NCBI GenBank assembly: GCA_038212275.1
Contig: JBBQUR010000013.1
Span: 32,001 to 96,000, forward strand
Length of the DNA: 64,000 bases
From: Planctomycetota bacterium
GTDB lineage: Bacteria > Planctomycetota > B15-G4
Direction of reading: 5' to 3'
In this document: positions 62,614 through 64,000 of the stretch, in pieces
Layout of the letters: the number at the start of each line of letters is the position of its first letter
How positions within the stretch are numbered: position 1 is the stretch's first letter
Program-made: the position numbers and the translations under genes
The notes under the pieces: model-generated
What the model was told of the DNA's origin: nothing
Databases searched by the model: none
What the model saw: the letters and a program-made list of their open reading frames with translations, nothing else

Positions 62614-64000
62614 TCCACCGTCACGCTCTTGGCGAGGTTGCGGGGCTGGTCGATGTCGCAACCGCGCAGGTCCGCGATGTGATAGGCGAGCAGCTGCAGC
62701 GGCAGGACGTTGACGAGCGGCGAGAGGTCCTCGTCCACGGCAGGAACGTGCAGCACCGTTTCCGCCAGGGCGGCGACGCGCTCGTCGCCTTCGACGGCCA
62801 CCGCGATGATGCGCCCGCCGCGCGCCCGCACTTCCTGCATGTTCGAGAGCACCTTCTCGTAGACCCGGCCCGGCGTGGCGATGACCACCACGGGCATCGT
62901 GCTGTCGATGAGCGCGATCGGGCCGTGCTTCATCTCTCCCGCGGGATAGCCCTCGGCGTGGATGTAGCTGATTTCCTTGAGCTTCAGCGCGCCTTCGAGC
63001 GCGATCGGGTAATTGACGCCGCGCCCCAGGAAGAGGAAGTCGCGCGCCTCGAAGTGGGCTTCCGCCGCGGCGCGCACTTCGGCCTCGTGACGCAGCGCCC
63101 CGTCCATCGCGTAGCGCAGCCGGCGCAACGGAACCACGCGCCTCTCGATCTCGGCGGCGCTGAGCGTGCCGCGCCTGGCGGCGAGATCCAGCGCGAACAT
63201 GTAGAGCGCGCACAACTGCGTGGAGAAGGCCTTGGTGGAGGCGACGCCGATCTCGGGTCCGGCCTGCGTGAGGATCGTCGCGTCGGCCTCGCGCGTCGCC
63301 GAGCTTGCCGGCACGTTGCAGACGGCCACCACGGGCGCCCCGTGCCCGCGGCTGTCGCGCAGCGCGCCGAGCGTGTCCATGGTCTCGCCGGACTGGGTGA
63401 TCGGCACGATGAGGTGGTCGGGGCCGGCCTGCGTGCTGCGGTAGCGGAACTCGCTCGCGTAATCCACGTCGACCGGAATGCCGACGAGGTTCTCGACGTA
63501 GAACTTTGCCGCGAGGCCTGCGTGCCAGCTCGTCCCGCAGGCGACGAAGGTGATGCGCTTCACCGCCGCGAGGCGGTCGCCCAGCACGTCGAGCGCCGCG
63601 ATGTCGATGCCGCCCTCCAGCGTGAGGTGGCTGGCCATCGTCGCGGCGACCGCCGCGGGCTGCTCCTCGATCTCCTTCATCATGAAGTGGCGGTAGCCGC
63701 CCTTCTGCACGGCCACCGGGTCCCAGTCGATGATCCGCGTCGGACGCTGCACCACCTTGCCGGAGAGGTCCGTCACGACGATGGACTCGGGCGTGAGCAC
63801 CGCCAGGTCGCCGTCATCGAGCGGCATGATGGTGCGCGTGTGCGGCAGGAGCGCGGGGATGTCGCTGGCCAGCAGCGTGGCGCCTTCCGCGATGCCGAGC
63901 ACCAGCGGCGACTGGTAGCGCATGGCGATCAGCACGCCGGGATGATCCGCCGAGATGATCGCGATCGAATAGGCGCCCTTGAGGCGCCGCACGGTTGCGC
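62610..64000 (-). CDS. glmS: Glutamine--fructose-6-phosphate aminotransferase, 5' end outside the window
   Basis: CGTS, QSGET, GVASTK, EGALKLKEISY, KHGP, C-terminal QPRNLAKSVTVE. Confidence 0.97.
   Translation of the reverse strand, partial: ATVRRLKGAYSIAIISADHPGVLIAMRYQSPLVLGIAEGATLLASDIPALLPHTRTIMPLDDGDLAVLTPESIVVTDLSGKVVQRPTRIIDWDPVAVQKGGYRHFMMKEIEEQPAAVAATMASHLTLEGGIDIAALDVLGDRLAAVKRITFVACGTSWHAGLAAKFYVENLVGIPVDVDYASEFRYRSTQAGPDHLIVPITQSGETMDTLGALRDSRGHGAPVVAVCNVPASSATREADATILTQAGPEIGVASTKAFSTQLCALYMFALDLAARRGTLSAAEIERRVVPLRRLRYAMDGALRHEAEVRAAAEAHFEARDFLFLGRGVNYPIALEGALKLKEISYIHAEGYPAGEMKHGPIALIDSTMPVVVIATPGRVYEKVLSNMQEVRARGGRIIAVAVEGDERVAALAETVLHVPAVDEDLSPLVNVLPLQLLAYHIADLRGCDIDQPRNLAKSVTVE

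Noticed and set aside
1..64000. CRISPR arrays, prophage, IS elements, defence systems, rRNA/tRNA
   Set aside because: No regularly spaced repeats, integrase/transposase/phage motifs or stable-RNA signatures seen; the short tandem repeats lie in low-complexity protein linkers or at gene ends.

Overview
A gene-dense, very GC-rich bacterial chromosomal segment of about 53 CDS. The host is probably a Planctomycetota member; this is inferred from the S1 N-terminus, the TPR/HEAT/DUF1573/sulfatase content and LPS genes, and is not proven. I found no rRNA, tRNA, CRISPR array, integrase or transposase. Bases 1-36 kb hold housekeeping and RNA-metabolism genes (purM, dxr-rseP-UbiA/EboC-like, cca, miaA with a YmfH/YmfF-like M16 pair, btpA-pcnB, NAD kinase with an EboF-like gene, tyrS, rpsA, an LpxH-like::Cmk fusion, gmhA/gmhB) mixed with lineage-specific TPR, HEAT and lipoprotein genes. 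Bases 36-64 kb form a large surface-polysaccharide/glycosylation locus: glmS, two epimerases, rml genes, wza, a wzc-like gene, XrtA/PEP-CTERM-type accessory genes, a GT2 pair, a GT-C, a FemAB-like protein, and an embedded pseudo-kinase plus 1464-aa TPR unit. The strongest unexplained signals are (i) a roughly 160-nt candidate small RNA or attenuator with its own promoter, a C/U-rich loop hairpin and a terminator, upstream of a catalytically dead GGDEF protein; (ii) the LpxH-Cmk fusion; (iii) a poly(A) polymerase with a long Arg-patch disordered tail; and (iv) several apparent pseudo-enzymes. Start codons were reassigned by eye where the ORF track over-extends. All product calls come from motif recognition, not database searches.
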